The notes below the pieces were generated by a model that saw only the letters and a list, made by a program, of their open reading frames with translations, did no database searches and was not told the origin of the DNA. A stretch of DNA of 64,000 nt from Podarcis vaucheri (lineage: Eukaryota), in NCBI GenBank assembly GCA_965113315.1, contig OZ220377.1; one strand, written 5' to 3'. Numbering within the stretch: position 1 is the first letter of the stretch; every line of letters begins with the position of its first letter. Shown here piece by piece: positions 60,558 through 64,000 of the stretch. A program made the translations under genes and the position numbers.

Positions 60558-60810
60558 CAGTGGTGCCTCGCAAGACAAAAATAATTCGTTCCGCGAGTCT
60601 TTTCGTCTTGCGATGTTTTTCGTCTTGCGAAGCACAGTCCGTCGCAACTGCGCCTCTTCAAGCGGCTTTTAAAAAAAAGCGCAAGACATTTTCGTCTTGC
60701 GAAGCAAGCCCATAGGGAAATTCGTCTAGCGAAGCAACGCAAAACCGAAAAATCCTTTCATCTAGTGAGTTTTTCATCTTGCGAGGCATTCGTCTTGCGG
60801 GGCACCACTG
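60558..60810. mobile_element. Tc1/mariner (Tigger-like) MITE with TA TSD
   Basis: TIRs CAGTGGTGCCTCGCAAGAC and CAGTGGTGCCCCGCAAGAC; internal TTCGTCTTGCGA repeats; splits an old CR1 3' UTR. Confidence 0.88.
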
Positions 60811-61358
60811 TATTCTGAACAGGAAACTTCCAGAGGGGAGAGGGCTCTTGTGATTGTCTTCTGCTTGCTGGTTTCCCACAGGCATCTGGCGGGACTAGAG
60901 GGGCCACTGGCCTGATCAAGCAGAGCTCCTATGTTCTTATATATCTGTAGGAAGTTTGCATCTGGAAAATGTCCACTTTATGCCTCTTATTACTATGTTT
61001 TTAATGCCAGCCTTTTTCCTGACAGTGGGAGGGAGTGTCCAGACCTCTCTGTTTCTTGAGGGTTTCCTACTGGCTTTTACCATACTATTGTTTCCTCCGT
61101 TCTGAAAGAACCTTTCTGTTTCTTTCTTTATTTTCACCTCCAAATTTGTGTATGGTTTGTGTATTCTCTGTGCCTCAGTTTCCTTTCTTCTTTTTAAGAA
61201 CTCTGACTTGTGATTTCCACAGTATCTTGAGAATTCTCTGTGTCAAATCCTACTAACTCACAAAAATTCTTCCTTATACTTTGTCTTCAGGTAGGAAATC
61301 AAGTTAGTTCTCCATGAATATAAATGTATCCCTGTACTGGAAAGTATCCCCCAACAAG

Positions 61359-62214
61359 TGAGAGGTTGGGAAGGGCTGCATGCAGCGGTGGCTGATGCCC
61401 ATTTGAAGGTCAGGTAGAAGGCAGAGGTTTGCGTGTCAAGACTCCATAGCCACCCCTCGTTGGGAAATAACTCACACAAGGACACGGATATTAGGTTAAT
61501 GTTATTGGGCAAATTTGGCCACAACTTTATTGATTACAGAGTGTGAGCGGTATTGGCTTCGGCATTGATTGGACCTGACTATATCTGACTCCTGCCCGCT
61601 GCGCAGGAAGTCCTGTAAGGGTAAACCACTGGAAGGGGGAGCCCTGTCGATGCAAACCAACTTGAGCTCCCCCTGGTGTTCCCGTCGGGGTTGTGTCATG
61701 GCCCTAGTCCCCGACCCGGGCTTTGGACAAGATCAACACCCCCGATTCCTTTAACAGAATACCCTTAAGCTTGGAGGAGCAGGTGATGGCCACACCTCCA
61801 CGCAAGGTCAAACAATGCCTAACCGCAACCCTAACAAAGTTGTGACGATTGCTACGAGGTAGGCGAAAACCAAATGGCCAGTGCCAATTTGCCAAGTGGA
61901 AAAATTCCTACCAGGCCCCTCAATGGTGACAAGCCAAGGTTCATAGCAAGGCGAGTGCCTAAAAACCTGCAAAATAGGGAGGGAGGGCGGGTGATTGACG
62001 AAGCGAGCCAAAGAGGAAGCCCTCTGACTCACACCTCTGCTTAAACGGACCCGGCCACACACACCGCCAGCCAGGGGATTGGCTGGCCAGGCTCTGACAT
62101 GGCCGGGATACCCTGGGCAATGGGGGACTCAGTCTCCTGCCCCCGGAGGGGAGTGGGTGACCACGTGGTCCACTGCAACTCCTCCCCCCTGGGAAGTGGA
62201 GAGAATTTGCAGCA
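61359..62214 (-). mobile_element. Probable solo LTR (~855 bp) inside an old L1 fragment
   Basis: TG...CA-bounded, CpG-containing block with minus-strand AATAAA at ~61526-61531. Flanks translate as L1 ORF2 (YRLLLVWETKGEMVKTTMVKWAKDVGRSIDI on the right, CWGILSSTGIHL on the left). TSD not clean. Confidence 0.55.
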
Positions 62215-62409
62215 ATATCTATACTACGCCCAACATCCTTTGCCCACTTAACCATAGTTGTTTTAACCATTTCACCCTTTGTTTCCCATACTAACAGCAA
62301 TCTATACATTTTAGAAATTAATTCCTCATAATTTTCAAATAAGGATAAGTCACTTCCTGGTTCACACTGAGAAACTGTTTATATGATTAATTAAGTTAGT
62401 AAATTCTTC

Positions 62410-62630
62410 AAGTTACAAGAAAGGAGATTCTGACTAAACTTCAGAAAGAACTTTCCGACAATAAGAGCTGTTTGACAGTGGGACGGTCTCCCTTGGGAGG
62501 TGGTGGACTCTCCTTCATTGTAGCTTGTAAAGCAGAAGTTGGATAGCCACCTGCCATGGATGCTTTGGTTGAGATTCCTGCGTAGAAGGGATGTGGACTA
62601 GATGAGCCTTGGGTGTCTCTTCCAACTCCA
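62410..62630 (+). mobile_element. Old CR1 3' end
   Basis: aagttacaagaaaggagattctgactaaac...ggactagatga...ttccaactc. Shorter tails also at ~17380-17445, ~20395-20535 and ~31665-31735. Confidence 0.75.
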
Positions 62631-64000
62631 AGTGCTCACATATTGTTTAATTATCTGTTCTTTCCTCACACTGCAGTATTTAGTTGCAGGGCCCCAATTT
62701 GTCATGCCGAATAGCAAATGCTGATGAATGCACAATCAAGGACTGTGTGCAAATTTGCAAAACACATTTCACGGAATTCTTTTCCTTGATGCAGAGTTTT
62801 GAACTTTTGGGCTTGCCCAAATTGTGACTCTCTTAACCAGCTTTCACTTCAGACCCCTTTTTCCTGATCCTGGTGCTGATTTGATGCATCTCTCTCCCTC
62901 TCTCCTGCATTCATATGTCAGTGGCTGGGTGTTTTCTTGCTTGTGCCTCACTCAGCAGGGAAAAAGAGCTGTGTGCAGTTCAACTGCTATTAATCAATGC
63001 CATTCAATATCCTTTCCTCCTGTAGACAGGATGGTGGGGTCAGTGGGTGGGGGAACTAATCATCCTTTGCTTTGTTTGCCTTCTCCCGCATCTTCCTCCC
63101 CAAGGCAATTGTATTATCATCCTCCACGTCTTTAGAGACCTGCTTGGTCGTGGGCTGCTTGGCATGCTTTGAATAGGATATAAGGCAGAACAGCGGCAGG
63201 CTGGGGCTGCCGGCAGGCTGAGTCAGCAACAGCAAACCTATTGGCACTCCACCAAGGACACTGCAGGAAGGACAAAGGCATATGCTTAGAGCCATAAAGC
63301 AGGAGCCTTGGAATCAGGAGTGTCTCTTCCTTAATTTAGTGCCGTTCACTCCTGAAGGCAATTTCTTCCCTGTTAAGGGAAGGGGAAATCATTCTCCACC
63401 CCCTTCTCAAAGATGGAGCATTTCTCATCTAATCATGCATTAACCTTTGCCCTCCCATTAGGTCTGAATGCATCTCAGTCCTCAGATGCTTTTAGGGCAG
63501 AAGTCCAATTAGCCAAAGTGGCTCTTCTTGACAAGCGTTGGCTGTTCCTCCCCACAGAATCAAAGCAGAGGAGGGGGAGATGCTTTAATGTAAGGGGAGT
63601 CAGATTATTGATTTTGTATAGATCATCCCTGGGACTGGTGGGTGGAAGCAGAGACTCCTCTCTGTCAGGGCTGAAAGGGAAGTGGGAGTGCAGCTTTCTG
63701 GGAAAGAAATGAAAATCAGCTTATGCAAGGAGAAATCTCCTTTGCCCACCATCACCTGAGATTCTTCTTCCCCATGCTCCACCGATGGCAGGGCAAACCT
63801 GTCAACTTTGATAGTGTTTTTTTCTCAGCTTCTCATGCTTCCACTCTTATGTTTCATCAACCCTATTTCCATATCCATTTGCATTTTTGTTTTAAAAATT
63901 GAAGTTTGTCTGCATTTTTACAAGCATGCATGAATATTAGGGAAATGCATATGAATTTTAATTAACTACAGTGTTCATTTATTTTTTCCACATATTTGCC

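Noticed and set aside
60937-61143. Minus-strand ORF with a ctttcag acceptor as a possible last ADAM28 exon
   Set aside because: No recognisable ADAM similarity, and it lies among L1 and CR1 debris.

Overview
Vertebrate genomic DNA, most likely a lacertid lizard (inferred from Sauria/Squam-type SINEs and the CR1, L2, L1 and Penelope families present). The only host protein-coding gene I can identify is NEFM (neurofilament medium) on the minus strand. Its coding exons are 10279-9209, 4170-4046 and 1561 to <1, with the last few codons outside the window. It has a TATA/GC-box CpG promoter and a near-perfect REST/RE1 site about 720 bp upstream of the ATG. The tail carries 24 K-x(x)-[S/T]-P-x repeats and no canonical KSP. 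The ~53 kb upstream is transposon-rich: three near-identical young CR1 copies (one with an intact ORF2), an uninterrupted 5'-truncated L1 ORF2, a complete RT-less L1-mobilised (HAL1-like) element, a full-length dead mariner, a Penelope fragment with a hammerhead motif, and many SINEs, MITEs and LTR-like pieces. There is one 146-N gap. The best leads are (1) a U_UUA_AAC slippery heptamer at the CR1 ORF1 stop whose -1 frame is ORF2, (2) a hAT end joined to a CpG-rich polyQ/polyP exon-like sequence upstream of NEFM, (3) the HAL1-like element, and (4) an internally duplicated, splice-site-rich block at 26-28.7 kb. Repeat family names come from pattern recognition, not database searches.
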